Positions 10,671 through 20,159 are shown, numbered from the stretch's first letter. The stretch: DNA of 64,000 nt from Cenarchaeum sp. (GCA_965242695.1 CBDESU010000001.1:1664001-1728000), one strand, 5' to 3'. Notes: a model not told the origin generated them from the sequence alone. Made by a program: numbers and translations.

Positions 10671-10907
10671 ATGCACGACGACGAGCCCGACACGGTGCGG
10701 CTCGAGACTTGGCCCGAGCGCGTCGCGGCCATGCTAGGCGAGATCGGCGTCGCGGCCGTCCCCAACGAGGTAGGCTCTGGCGAGTACGAGTCGGGCGACT
10801 ACTACAGCCGCTACTTTGTCCCGACGGCCCGCATGGTCACCAACAGGGGCAGCCTAGAGGTGTCCGGCACCAACATCGACGCCGTCCAGGTCATTCAGAA
10901 GGGGTGA
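10671..10907 (+). CDS. Small hypothetical protein
   Basis: Host-like codon usage, TTTATTTT box at ~10641, abuts the next ORF. Confidence 0.65.
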   Translation: MHDDEPDTVRLETWPERVAAMLGEIGVAAVPNEVGSGEYESGDYYSRYFVPTARMVTNRGSLEVSGTNIDAVQVIQKG

Positions 10908-10910
10908 TGG

Positions 10911-11297
10911 ATGGTGCAGGATCCCAGCCCGATGCCGTGGGGCGCAATGGACAGGTACCAGGCGCACTTTATCGTGCGCGGGCGGGAGGAGGACACCGCA
11001 TCGGACGCCGATGCGGCCGCCCGCACCGTGGTGTCCACGAGGGGCAGGTTCGGCGCAAAGAGGGTCGCAGGCGTGTCATGGGACGGGGCCGGCAGGCTCG
11101 CCGACGCCCTCAACGCGGACGCGGAGCTCAACTCGATGATAGCCGGCCAGCGGCCGGCCGATGCCGCGATATTCGTCGAGCCCATGGACGGCCACGTCAG
11201 GATACGCGGCGGGTGGTCGAGCTCTGCGTCGTTTGGCATATCAAGGGAGCAGTTCGAGATATACGACCGGATAGCCGGCCACGTCAGGTCGCTCTAG
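10911..11297 (+). CDS. Hypothetical protein
   Basis: Globular-looking ORF immediately downstream of 10671-10907. Confidence 0.65.
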   Translation: MVQDPSPMPWGAMDRYQAHFIVRGREEDTASDADAAARTVVSTRGRFGAKRVAGVSWDGAGRLADALNADAELNSMIAGQRPADAAIFVEPMDGHVRIRGGWSSSASFGISREQFEIYDRIAGHVRSL

Positions 11298-11339
11298 GCG
11301 CCGGGCGCCGCACCCGCATCGGCCGCCCGCTGCCCCTGC

Positions 11340-11882
11340 CTAGCGCCCCTTCCACCAGTCGAGCGAGAGCAGGTCGACTCGGCGCGCGCGCGGTATGGCC
11401 AGGATGAACTGCTTGCGGACCGTCGTTGCAAGGCGGCCGGCCAGCACGACGCCGGTCGCGGTCACGGGATCCGACGAGGCGCACACCTGCACCAGATACG
11501 GCGCGTGGTCGATCCCCGGCCCGCGCTCGTACACGGCAAAGTCGCAGCCGAACTTTATGCCCGGCGTGACGACGTACCCGCGGTCCCTAAAGTGGCAGTA
11601 CACGGCGTACTTGCGGTCAAAGTCGTCGTACTCGGAGCGGCACCTCTCGAGCAGGTCCGCGTCGGGCAGGGGCGCGCGCGAGCCCGGCGCGCGCACGGAT
11701 ATGCGGCCGGCGCGCGAAAGGTACAGCCCCTCCATCAGGTCGAGGACGAGCGGCGCGTCTATCTGCCCCGGCTTTGGCTTTGGTATCCCTATCGGCTTGC
11801 CGTAGTAGCCGGGAAAGAAGAGCCGGTCGGCATCGCCGGCGCCCCACACGACGATGCGGCTGTCGACAAGTTGCGCCCTCAT
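11340..11882 (-). CDS. endA: tRNA-splicing endonuclease, catalytic subunit
   Basis: LDLMEGLYL, GIKFGCDFAVY, GIDHAPY, GRLATTVRK give the Tyr/His/Lys triad. Confidence 0.93.
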   Translation of the reverse strand: MRAQLVDSRIVVWGAGDADRLFFPGYYGKPIGIPKPKPGQIDAPLVLDLMEGLYLSRAGRISVRAPGSRAPLPDADLLERCRSEYDDFDRKYAVYCHFRDRGYVVTPGIKFGCDFAVYERGPGIDHAPYLVQVCASSDPVTATGVVLAGRLATTVRKQFILAIPRARRVDLLSLDWWKGR

Positions 11883-12535
11883 CACAGGCTCAGCGCCAGC
11901 AGTATGAACGAGTCGGACACCCTCTGGCACTTGTCTGCCATCTCCTCGATTCCCTCGATGACGTCCTTGATCAGCATGAGCTCCTTGGTGTTGGACACCT
12001 CGCCGAGCAGCTTCATCGTCGCCTGCCTGTACTTTGTGTCGATCTCGCGCTCGATGGCCTGCGTCTCCTGCGCGAGGTCTATGGCGCTCGCCGAGTTCGA
12101 GCTGAGGCTGCGGATGACCTCGTTGAGCTTGTACACCTCGTCGACTACGAGCTCGGCGAGGACGGTGAGGTCCTTGTCGAGCTTTGAGCTGCGCAGCGTC
12201 GCCGGCTTTACGTTGGACAGTTTGAACGAGATGCCCGTAATGTACCCTGCGATCTCGTCCATCGTGTACGCCGCGTTGAGCAGGTTCTCGCGGTTTATGA
12301 TCAGGCCGCCGACGTCGGCGACCTCGCGCGTGATCTTGCGGCGCAGGTTCTCGACGTCGTCCTCGATGCTCGATATCTGCTCGAGGCACGCCTTGATGCC
12401 GGCCTTGTCGCGCTTCATCATGAGTTCCGGCAGCGTGGCCATCTCCCTCGATGCGTTGAGTATGCGGTGTATCTCGTCCTGGAGGACGGCAATGGCCTTG
12501 CGCTTGGCCTGCACCTCCAGCTCGCCGCTATACAA
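11882..12535 (-). CDS. DUF47/PhoU-like phosphate transport regulator
   Basis: IEDDVENLRR, NRENLL..MDEIA, IEREID, IEEMADKC repeats. TTG start inferred. Confidence 0.85.
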   Translation of the reverse strand: MYSGELEVQAKRKAIAVLQDEIHRILNASREMATLPELMMKRDKAGIKACLEQISSIEDDVENLRRKITREVADVGGLIINRENLLNAAYTMDEIAGYITGISFKLSNVKPATLRSSKLDKDLTVLAELVVDEVYKLNEVIRSLSSNSASAIDLAQETQAIEREIDTKYRQATMKLLGEVSNTKELMLIKDVIEGIEEMADKCQRVSDSFILLALSL

Positions 12536-12845
12536 CGCCCCGTGCGCCCGCCGTGCGCTAATTAAACCGTGCACGGGCAGGGGCCGCGGAAGGCGCAAGG
12601 GGCCAGAGAGCCGCAGAAGGGCCGTGCGGGGCAGGGCGGGCGGCGGAGGCGGCGCAGGAGCGCCGGCCGGGGCGCCCCCCCCCTCGCCCTCCCGGCGCCA
12701 AAGCAATCCCGGCCGCGCAGGGCGGGGCTGGCGAGGACGGCGGCAGGGTGCGCAGGCGCCCGCCTCCCCTCCCCCTCCCGCCTGACGCCCCCCGCCGCGT
12801 CGGCGGGGCGCGGCCTCGCCGCCCCGCCTGCCGGCCTGAACGGGC

Positions 12846-13367
12846 CTAGATCGACGAGATCGTGCGGCTGACGTTCTTGATGTAGTCTGCCTTTTCGTGC
12901 ATGATGCTGTACTGCTTGGGCCACGTCCGCTTCTTCGTGTTGAACGACTTGCCGCCGGGGTAAAAGTCGGTCGTCAGCCACTGCAGGTTGAGCGTCGCCT
13001 CGGCTATGTCGTTGCGCTGCATGGGCGTCAGCGTGGCCCACTTGTCCAAGTACATCTCGTTGCGCTGTATGATGTGCCGCATGTGCACCGCCTGCTGCTT
13101 GAAGTACTTTTCAAGCGCGTAGCTTGCCTGCTCGACGACCTTTGGATCGTCCATGTTCTGGACGGTAGACATGCGATCCACCTCGCTGAAGATGATCTCG
13201 ATCTCCCGGAGGTTCTTGACGGTCTCCTTTTTGTAGAACGCCTCGTACGACGACGTCTGCTTCTTCTGGTAGTATATGACCAGGAACGTCAGGAGGATGG
13301 ATATGCCCACCGCCACGACGTTGGCTATGAAGCCGCCGAAGAGCACGATGTCGTGTACCGTGACCAT
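12846..13367 (-). CDS. Membrane-anchored hypothetical protein
   Basis: N-terminal TM helix followed by a helical domain; ATG at 13367. Confidence 0.7.
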   Translation of the reverse strand: MVTVHDIVLFGGFIANVVAVGISILLTFLVIYYQKKQTSSYEAFYKKETVKNLREIEIIFSEVDRMSTVQNMDDPKVVEQASYALEKYFKQQAVHMRHIIQRNEMYLDKWATLTPMQRNDIAEATLNLQWLTTDFYPGGKSFNTKKRTWPKQYSIMHEKADYIKNVSRTISSI

Positions 13368-13618
13368 GCGCGGCGCGCCCCAGGGGGACAAAAAAAAGGT
13401 TTGTCGGGCCGGGGCAGGGTCGGCGGCAGGAGACCAGGCCGCCGCCCGGCGCCGCGGATGGCCGCAAGGGGCCGCGCGGCGGCCGGGGGCCGCCCCAAGC
13501 GGCGGCCGCGCAGCGGCCGGATCACGGGCGGCCGGGCGGCCCGGACGGGCGCGGCGCCAGGCCCGCCACCGCAGGCCCGGCGCCAAGCGTTTTTAACCGA
13601 TCGGTTCGGCGATCTCCC

Positions 13619-13753
13619 GTGAGCGAGAACAGCACCGTCATGGAGCTGAGCATGGAGCTGTCGCAGAGGCTGATAAACCTAGAGTTCAAGATCGACATGA
13701 TCCTGCGCAAGCTAGACCAAAAGCCGGACAGGGTCGACCTGGCGCGGACGTGA
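13619..13753 (+). CDS. 44-aa small protein (MSENSTVMELSMELSQRLINLEFKIDMILRKLDQKPDRVDLART)
   Basis: Below the ORF-track size cutoff. GTG..TGA, TTTTTAA box ~25 bp upstream, host-like codons, amphipathic helix. Confidence 0.6.
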   Translation: MSENSTVMELSMELSQRLINLEFKIDMILRKLDQKPDRVDLART

Positions 13754-13836
13754 CCGCGCGCCGGCGATCGGGGCAGGTGCGCCGTGCGCGCCGGCCGGCC
13801 AGCCAGGCGCGCCCGTACGCCCGCCATGCGCCCCGG

Positions 13837-14160
13837 CTACTCTAGCCCAAAGTCCTCCTTTATGCGGTCCAGCAGGTCGGACAGCTCGGGTATGTAGTTG
13901 GCGTACTCTGCTATGAACTTTCTGACGACGAGCTCGCGCGACTCGTTGCAGATGTGCTTCTTGGTCGGGTCGGCTACCGCAATGTACCCGAACAGGTCCC
14001 TCACCTCGTTGTCGAGCGCGATCAGCTCGGTGTAGGTCTTTATGAGCTCGGAGAGGGTGTATACGGCGCGCTTCTTGGCCTCTAGGTGGTCGGCCGGCGC
14101 GCGGCGGCGGCTGTCGACATGGTGCGGCTTGTAGTCGCCCAATTCCTCCCCGCCCGACAA
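13837..14160 (-). CDS. Hypothetical protein
   Basis: Host-like codon usage; ATATAT box at ~14185. Confidence 0.7.
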   Translation of the reverse strand: MSGGEELGDYKPHHVDSRRRAPADHLEAKKRAVYTLSELIKTYTELIALDNEVRDLFGYIAVADPTKKHICNESRELVVRKFIAEYANYIPELSDLLDRIKEDFGLE

Positions 14161-14212
14161 TGCGGCGCGGCCGCGGCGCGGCGAATATATGTTTGATCTC
14201 GGCAGCGTCCGC

Positions 14213-16027
14213 CTACCGTTGAAGGCCCAGCTGGCTGGCGGCGGCGAGCATGCTGGCGCGCTCCTCGGCCGGAATCGCGGCTATGGCCTTGTCGAGTATG
14301 TCGCGCAGTATGACGTTGTCCTTGGCAACGGCCGCCGACAGCGGCATGCCGAACTCTATGGCGCCCGCGTTGTGCAGCCCGTCCACCCCGAGCTCGGCGG
14401 CGCGCTCGCTCACCGCCGGCCACCACTCTATTACGGCGTCGATCCTGCCAGAGTCCAGGGACTCTATGGCGCGGTCGATCGTGTCGAGCGAGACGTAGTC
14501 GATGCCCGCGTCGTGCTCGTCAAGCCACGCCTCGACGGAGTAGCCGCGGATCGTGCCGACCCTCATCTCGGCAAGGTCGGCCGTCGAGACCTCGCGCTCG
14601 CCCCTTGTGATGATGTTCCACTCTAGCGTGGAGTGCGGCGACGTGAACGTGTAGCCGCGCAGGCGATCGCTCGTCGGCACCATGATGAGCGATATGTGGC
14701 CCTCGTTCTCGGCCACCAGCGAGAGGACGTCCGTCCAGGTGTCCGCCTTCTTCGGGACAAAGTCCGCCCCCGTGTAGGCCTCTAGCCGCTCCTCGTACAT
14801 CGCCGTGAGGCCCTCCAGGTCGCCGTCGCCAGAGGCGTACTCGATCGGCGGCCAGTGCGTGTAGGCGATGTAGACCGTGGGGTTGTCCCTGAGCCACGCC
14901 GCCTCGGTGTAGGTCAGGCCGCTGCGCGCCCTCTCGTCGAGCTTGAACGCAATGTCGCCGATGATCTCCCTCGTGTGGGACTCGCGCACGTCCTCTGGTA
15001 TGGAGAGCATCGCCTTTCTTATGATGCCCTCTAGCACGGGGTACGCCCTGTTGTACGCCACCGACAGGGGCATGCTCGCGTCCGACGCCTCGAGGTGGCG
15101 CAGATCGTCGATGCCCCACGCGGCGGCAATCTGCTCGGCGACGATCCACGTCTCCATGAGCGCATCTATGCGCCCGGACAGGAGGGCGTCGAACGCGTTG
15201 TCGTGCCCGTCGATCGAGACGTACTCTATGTGGGGATGGTGCGTGTCGAGCCAGTCCTCGATCTCGTGTCCCCGGATCGTGCCCACGACGACGTCGCTGC
15301 TCCTCTCCAGGGCCCCGATCTCGATCTCCTCCCCGTCCGCGCCGATCCCGAGGGTGCTGTTCACCGTCACCACGTCCCACGTCAGTATCGTGTGCGACTC
15401 CAGTATGTTGCTGTGCTTGTGCAGCTCGTCCGTCTCGACGATCGAAAAGGACAGGTGGGCGTCGTTGTCCCTGAAGGCGTTGGAGTACAGGCCGCGGTGG
15501 TCCATCCGGACGGGAACCAGCGTGGCCCCGGTGTGCGCCTCAAAGTACTCGGCGTATATCCCTGCCAGGCCACGTATCTTCCCGTCGGCGCCCAGGTACT
15601 CGATCGGCGGGCGCTCCTCGTACGCCACGTAGATGACGGGATTCTCGTCCAGCCACGCCCTCTCGTCGTCCGTCAGCCCCAGGCCGGGGGCATCGCCGGC
15701 AGACGCGGCAGGTGCGCCCGCTGCGGGCCCGTATGCGGTGGGCACGTCCGCGGCCGGTGCGCCCGCGGCCGGCTCGCCCTCCGAGTTGCCGCTAGGCGGC
15801 GCGGACGGATCCGCCCCCCAGCCGCGCTCGATCAGGACGGCCTTGGTCGGGGGCGTGACGCAGGCAAGCGAGCCGGTCGCCGCCCTCTGCAGCGGTTCCA
15901 GGCCGGCGCGGCATGCATCCGCGCCGTCGGCGACCAGAGTAGCCGCACCCTGTGCGTACGCGGCCGCGCCCGTGTACATCACGGCAGCCCCGAGTACGGC
16001 CAGCGCAGCGGCGCGCCAACTGTGCAT
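14213..16027 (-). CDS. Secreted protein with two family-3 solute-binding domains
   Basis: Two copies of LT..E.AWL..NP...Y..PPIEY...G, each with GTIRG and GRIDA; signal peptide; ACVTPPT..ERGW motif. Confidence 0.85.
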   Translation of the reverse strand: MHSWRAAALAVLGAAVMYTGAAAYAQGAATLVADGADACRAGLEPLQRAATGSLACVTPPTKAVLIERGWGADPSAPPSGNSEGEPAAGAPAADVPTAYGPAAGAPAASAGDAPGLGLTDDERAWLDENPVIYVAYEERPPIEYLGADGKIRGLAGIYAEYFEAHTGATLVPVRMDHRGLYSNAFRDNDAHLSFSIVETDELHKHSNILESHTILTWDVVTVNSTLGIGADGEEIEIGALERSSDVVVGTIRGHEIEDWLDTHHPHIEYVSIDGHDNAFDALLSGRIDALMETWIVAEQIAAAWGIDDLRHLEASDASMPLSVAYNRAYPVLEGIIRKAMLSIPEDVRESHTREIIGDIAFKLDERARSGLTYTEAAWLRDNPTVYIAYTHWPPIEYASGDGDLEGLTAMYEERLEAYTGADFVPKKADTWTDVLSLVAENEGHISLIMVPTSDRLRGYTFTSPHSTLEWNIITRGEREVSTADLAEMRVGTIRGYSVEAWLDEHDAGIDYVSLDTIDRAIESLDSGRIDAVIEWWPAVSERAAELGVDGLHNAGAIEFGMPLSAAVAKDNVILRDILDKAIAAIPAEERASMLAAASQLGLQR

Positions 16028-16130
16028 GCCGGCCCGTTCAATTTAGGTTTAAAGAGCCTTGCGCGCGCCATCGCGCGCGCCACCCCGGTCTGCCGACAGG
16101 CCCCGACCCGTCCCCCATGCCCCGCCCACA

Positions 16131-16232
16131 TCCAGGGCCAGCCCTCGCGCAGCGGCCTCGCGGCCTTGTGCCGCCGCCGTCATCGCAGATGCAGAGCCTC
16201 CAGGGCCAGCCCTCGCGCAGCGGCCTCGCGGC
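16131..16232. repeat. Perfect 34-bp direct repeat pair with 34-bp spacer
   Basis: tccagggccagccctcgcgcagcggcctcgcggc at 16131-16164 and 16199-16232. Confidence 0.9.
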
Positions 16233-16624
16233 ACGCCCGCCACAGCCGACAACCGGGTTGGCTCGAATGTCAAGCACGCATGGACGACCTGTGTGCAGAT
16301 TGGAGCAGGATACGGCATCACAATATGTGATGCCCACAGAGTAGGACCGTGAATTCTTATCGGGTCTTGTAGGATGCGATCACATCTCACATGCTTTTGA
16401 TGTTTGGTGGGCAAAGATATGCGGCCGCCAGCCAGACATGAGGAGAGACCAACCAGTGCAGGAGATGTCGCGTGACCGTCTAAACGGTAGCCAGATACCA
16501 TTTGGTGCAGTGTGGACGGAGTTTAAAGAACAGTGTACTAATCTCCAAGGCAGGGCCGTCGGCGCGCCGCAACACCGCCATATGCCCTAGGAGCACAGAA
16601 CAGTCATGTGCACATGGTCAAGCA

Positions 16625-17080
16625 CTACCCAACATTTGATTTTATGTGCTTGATGTCTATAATTTGCTGAATGTTGCCGACGCTGTATATAGGCTCTCCA
16701 AACGCATTATATTTCTCATACTTGAGAACCTTTGTCACTACAGGTCGTACGAGGATTTTATAGCCATCCTTGGTGTGGTATTCTTGCCACACTTCTTCTG
16801 TCATAGAAAAATCTACCTCTATGGGACGGTCCACGGATGGGTTAATGCCAGTGCTACTGGGTTCTTTTTTCAGGTGCTCCGGCACAATGGCGCATACGAT
16901 ACTTATGGTGTTGACCGCAATACTCGGATATCCTGTAGCGTCTATCCTATCACTTTCGATCATTTTTGTTGCCGGGATTTTTACCTTCAAAAGTGTGCGA
17001 TCTGCCAATAAGTAACGCGTGTATTCTTCTTTAACGACTTGAAAGTCGATCTCCCCCATCGGCGATGCAGTGATGCTCAT
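16625..17080 (-). CDS. Hypothetical protein with internal tandem duplication (low-GC islet)
   Basis: Two DF..E..Y...D...K/R....K......G.P halves; AT-rich codons. Confidence 0.8.
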   Translation of the reverse strand: MSITASPMGEIDFQVVKEEYTRYLLADRTLLKVKIPATKMIESDRIDATGYPSIAVNTISIVCAIVPEHLKKEPSSTGINPSVDRPIEVDFSMTEEVWQEYHTKDGYKILVRPVVTKVLKYEKYNAFGEPIYSVGNIQQIIDIKHIKSNVG

Positions 17081-17081
17081 T

Positions 17082-17330
17082 CTAATCTACCTCGTACCTT
17101 ATTTTCACCTTTTTGTATCCAGGCACATGAACTTTGTTGACCATCAGACCATCTAAAGTCTTCTTAAACTCTTCGGAGTCGATCTTTTTGTTGGAAGTTT
17201 TCTCTATTATTTCCAAGACAACGTCGTCAACAACATTCTTCTCCACTCCGTGCAACTTGGATGCAACGGCACCCAAAGTTGACATCGCACTGAAGAAGAC
17301 GTCGATTGGGCTCGTACGACATCCCCTCAC
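17082..17330 (-). CDS. Small hypothetical protein, possibly winged-helix (low-GC islet)
   Basis: Overlaps or abuts both neighbours; helix-helix-wing-like pattern EEFKKTLDGL..VPGYKKVK. Confidence 0.6.
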   Translation of the reverse strand: MRGCRTSPIDVFFSAMSTLGAVASKLHGVEKNVVDDVVLEIIEKTSNKKIDSEEFKKTLDGLMVNKVHVPGYKKVKIRYEVD

Positions 17331-17713
17331 TCTACCTTTGACGATTCTTCAATCAGGTGAATCGCCATGTTGACAAGCATGTCATACGCATCATCGGTCA
17401 TGTCGACGCCTTTGTCCTTAAGGAGTATATCCAAGTACGTGCGAACCTTCGATCGCGCCTCACGGATTTGCAGTGCATCCAAGCCCTTCGCCCTCAGCTT
17501 GTCGTCAATGTACTCGTCCTTGAGACACTCGCGGTTTATCACTATCTCATGGGACTCAGGGTCGGTCGTATCGATGCCGACCGGCTCTATTGCATAGGTG
17601 ATAGTTCGCGGAGCCTCCGTGATCGCCACCATGCCGCCGCCGTACTCGATGTACTTACTGCCCGGCCGATCTGCGGTAGACCTTGCCAACACTGTGCCTT
17701 CCATGCCCTCCAC
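17327..17713 (-). CDS. Hypothetical protein (low-GC islet)
   Basis: First gene of a three-gene operon; TTATAAA box at ~17735-17741. Confidence 0.65.
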   Translation of the reverse strand: MEGMEGTVLARSTADRPGSKYIEYGGGMVAITEAPRTITYAIEPVGIDTTDPESHEIVINRECLKDEYIDDKLRAKGLDALQIREARSKVRTYLDILLKDKGVDMTDDAYDMLVNMAIHLIEESSKVE

Positions 17714-17878
17714 AAAGAAAGGCCGCCGGTGCGCTTTATAAGTCTATTATCCCCCACTCGGCGGCGAGCCATGGGTTCGTTCGGGCGCCCATGTGCAACT
17801 ATGCCATAGGCATCAATAGTACGGTATGCGGGTGGTAGTGCGCCCCACAGTTAAATAGCGATCGCATCGCGGCGGCGC

Positions 17879-19657
17879 GTGCGCGCCTTCAAGGGCAAGA
17901 CAGTCATGGTGACGGGCGGCGGTACCGGAATCGGGCTGGCGGTGGCAAGGCGGTACGCCTCAGAGGGCGCAAGCGTAATCATACTCGGCCGGCGCAGGGC
18001 CCCCCTGGAGGAGGCGGCCGCAACGCTGCGCGGCGAGGCCGAGGCGGCCGGCTGCGGCGGGACGGTGCGCACGTTTGACGGCGTAGACGTCGCCGACGGG
18101 GCCGCCGTCTCTGCAATGTTCGACGAGCTCGAGAGGTCGGGGGCGTCCCTGGACATACTCGTCAACAACGCAGGCGTGTCTGGCCCCGTCACGTGCTTTG
18201 CAAGCTGCGACCTGTCCGAGTTTGCGAGCGCGGTCGCCATACACCTTACCGGGACGTTCTGGACGTCGAGGGAGGCGCTGCGCATCATGGGCGAGGGGTC
18301 GAGGATTGTCACGATATCGACGTTCTTTACCGAGGAGAGGCCGCTCGAGCAGCGCCCGTACAGGTTCCGCTCCCCGTACACCGCGGCGCAGGGCGCCAAG
18401 AACCGCCTGGCCGAGGCGCTCGGGTGGGAGCTCTACGGCAAAAGGATCGCGTCGGTGGCGACCAACCCCGGCCCCGTCCACTCGGACCGCATATACAAGA
18501 CGGTCTACCCAAAGGCCGCCGCCGAGTTCATGCGCGTCCGCGGGTTCGAGTCGCTCGGTCCCGAGGACGTCCGCGCCGCATGCGGCCTCGTGCTCCCGCT
18601 GCTCGGCGAGGGCGAGCAGGCCGTCCGCGAGGGGCTCGACGCGGCCGCCGCCAAGCTGCGCGAAGGCGGCGGGGAGGGCCCCGATGCGGCGCTGCTCGGC
18701 AGGCTCCTCTCGAAGGTGCAGGAGGTAGCCGAAAAGATCCAGTCCAATACGGCAGGCATGATAGCCGACCGGCAGTTTCTCTCGCAGGACAACGTCGCAT
18801 CCACGGTCGCGGCCCTCTCTGGCGACGAGCTAGCGCCCATACTCTCCGGCAAGGTCATACCCGGCGACCGCGTCTTCTACCCCGTGCGGGCCCACGTCGG
18901 CGGGGCGCCGCCCGGCGTTCCGCAGCCGCCGGACCTGTCCGGCAGGTCGGTCGTCGTCGCAGTCGGGAGTCCCGACGAGCGGACCGCGGCCGAGGCGGCC
19001 GCGATCGCCTCGCATGCAAAGGGGCGCGGCGCGGGGACGGTCTGCATCGCCCCTGCCGGCATGCCGGCGTCCGCGCGCGGCCCCCTCTCGGGCCAGCACG
19101 TGCACGATGCCGACCTGTCCGATGCGGCTGCCATCGACGGGCTGCTTTCCAGGGCCTCGTCCGCATTCGGCCCCGTGTCGGCCGTCGTCCACGTCACGGG
19201 CGGCGTGCCCGGTTCGGGCCCCCTCTCGTCGCTCGGCAGGGAGGAGTGGGATGCGCTGGTGCGGCAGTTTGTCACGACGCCGGCGACCGTAGCCCACAGG
19301 GCCCTTGCGCACTTTGTGCCCGGCGGGGGCGACGACCCGCGCAGGTTCCAGGGCGCAGAGGGCCGCGTCGTCATAGTCGGCCCCGCGCTGCCGTCCGGCA
19401 GAAAGGTGCCCGGCGCCGAGAGGGCGCGCGTCGAGGTGTTCCGCGGGGCGCTCAGGCCGTTTGCCGCCACCGTCAACCAAGAGCTGTCCGACGTCCTAAA
19501 GTCGAGCGCGCGCGTGTTCGTCGCCCTGGGAGGTACAGTCGACGGGGCCGAGCCGAGCGCCGAGAGGATGGGCCGCGCCCTGGACTACCTTGTGTCTCCA
19601 GAGGCCGCCTCGTCGGCCCAGGTGGCATTCTGCGTCGACGAGGAGCGGCGCGCGTAA
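17879..19657 (+). CDS. Two-domain SDR-family oxidoreductase
   Basis: TGGGTGIG, LVNNAG, NPGPV, followed by a second degenerate Rossmann domain. Confidence 0.9.
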   Translation: MRAFKGKTVMVTGGGTGIGLAVARRYASEGASVIILGRRRAPLEEAAATLRGEAEAAGCGGTVRTFDGVDVADGAAVSAMFDELERSGASLDILVNNAGVSGPVTCFASCDLSEFASAVAIHLTGTFWTSREALRIMGEGSRIVTISTFFTEERPLEQRPYRFRSPYTAAQGAKNRLAEALGWELYGKRIASVATNPGPVHSDRIYKTVYPKAAAEFMRVRGFESLGPEDVRAACGLVLPLLGEGEQAVREGLDAAAAKLREGGGEGPDAALLGRLLSKVQEVAEKIQSNTAGMIADRQFLSQDNVASTVAALSGDELAPILSGKVIPGDRVFYPVRAHVGGAPPGVPQPPDLSGRSVVVAVGSPDERTAAEAAAIASHAKGRGAGTVCIAPAGMPASARGPLSGQHVHDADLSDAAAIDGLLSRASSAFGPVSAVVHVTGGVPGSGPLSSLGREEWDALVRQFVTTPATVAHRALAHFVPGGGDDPRRFQGAEGRVVIVGPALPSGRKVPGAERARVEVFRGALRPFAATVNQELSDVLKSSARVFVALGGTVDGAEPSAERMGRALDYLVSPEAASSAQVAFCVDEERRA

Positions 19658-19664
19658 AGGGGCA

Positions 19665-20159
19665 ATGGCTGCCGATCCGCAGGGGCCGCTGCGCGCCGGC
19701 GAGACGTTCGACGCAGAGTTTGCCATCACGCGCCAAGAGGCCGACGCGCATGCCAGGCTTGCCAGGATCGACAACGAGGACGTGCTTGCGGGGGCCGCCG
19801 GCGGCGGGGCGCCGCCTGCAGTGCCCGGCCGGGCCATCCTGGCTCGGATCGAGGGCGAGATGACGCGGCACCCGCGCATGCGCGGCAGGCGCCCGCTCCT
19901 GGCCGGCGCCGACGGCGACCCCGCGTGGGGCGGGCGCAGCGTGAGGTTCGTCAGGCCGCTGCCCGCCGGCGAGCGCCTCCGCGTGCGGTACACCGTGTCG
20001 GCTGTCGGGGCCGGCGCCGGCGGCGGCGGGGAGGGGAACAGGATCGCCGTCGACTTTGAGGGGCGCGACGACTCTGGGCGCGCCGTCGTCGTTGCGCGGC
20101 GCAACCTGTACGTTCTCGGCGCCGCGGGCCGGCGGCCGGATGCGCGGCAGAGCCCCTAG
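19665..20159 (+). CDS. MaoC/hot-dog fold protein
   Basis: ITRQEAD..A, VPG, VRFVRPLPAGE motifs; 7 bp after the SDR stop. Confidence 0.75.
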   Translation: MAADPQGPLRAGETFDAEFAITRQEADAHARLARIDNEDVLAGAAGGGAPPAVPGRAILARIEGEMTRHPRMRGRRPLLAGADGDPAWGGRSVRFVRPLPAGERLRVRYTVSAVGAGAGGGGEGNRIAVDFEGRDDSGRAVVVARRNLYVLGAAGRRPDARQSP

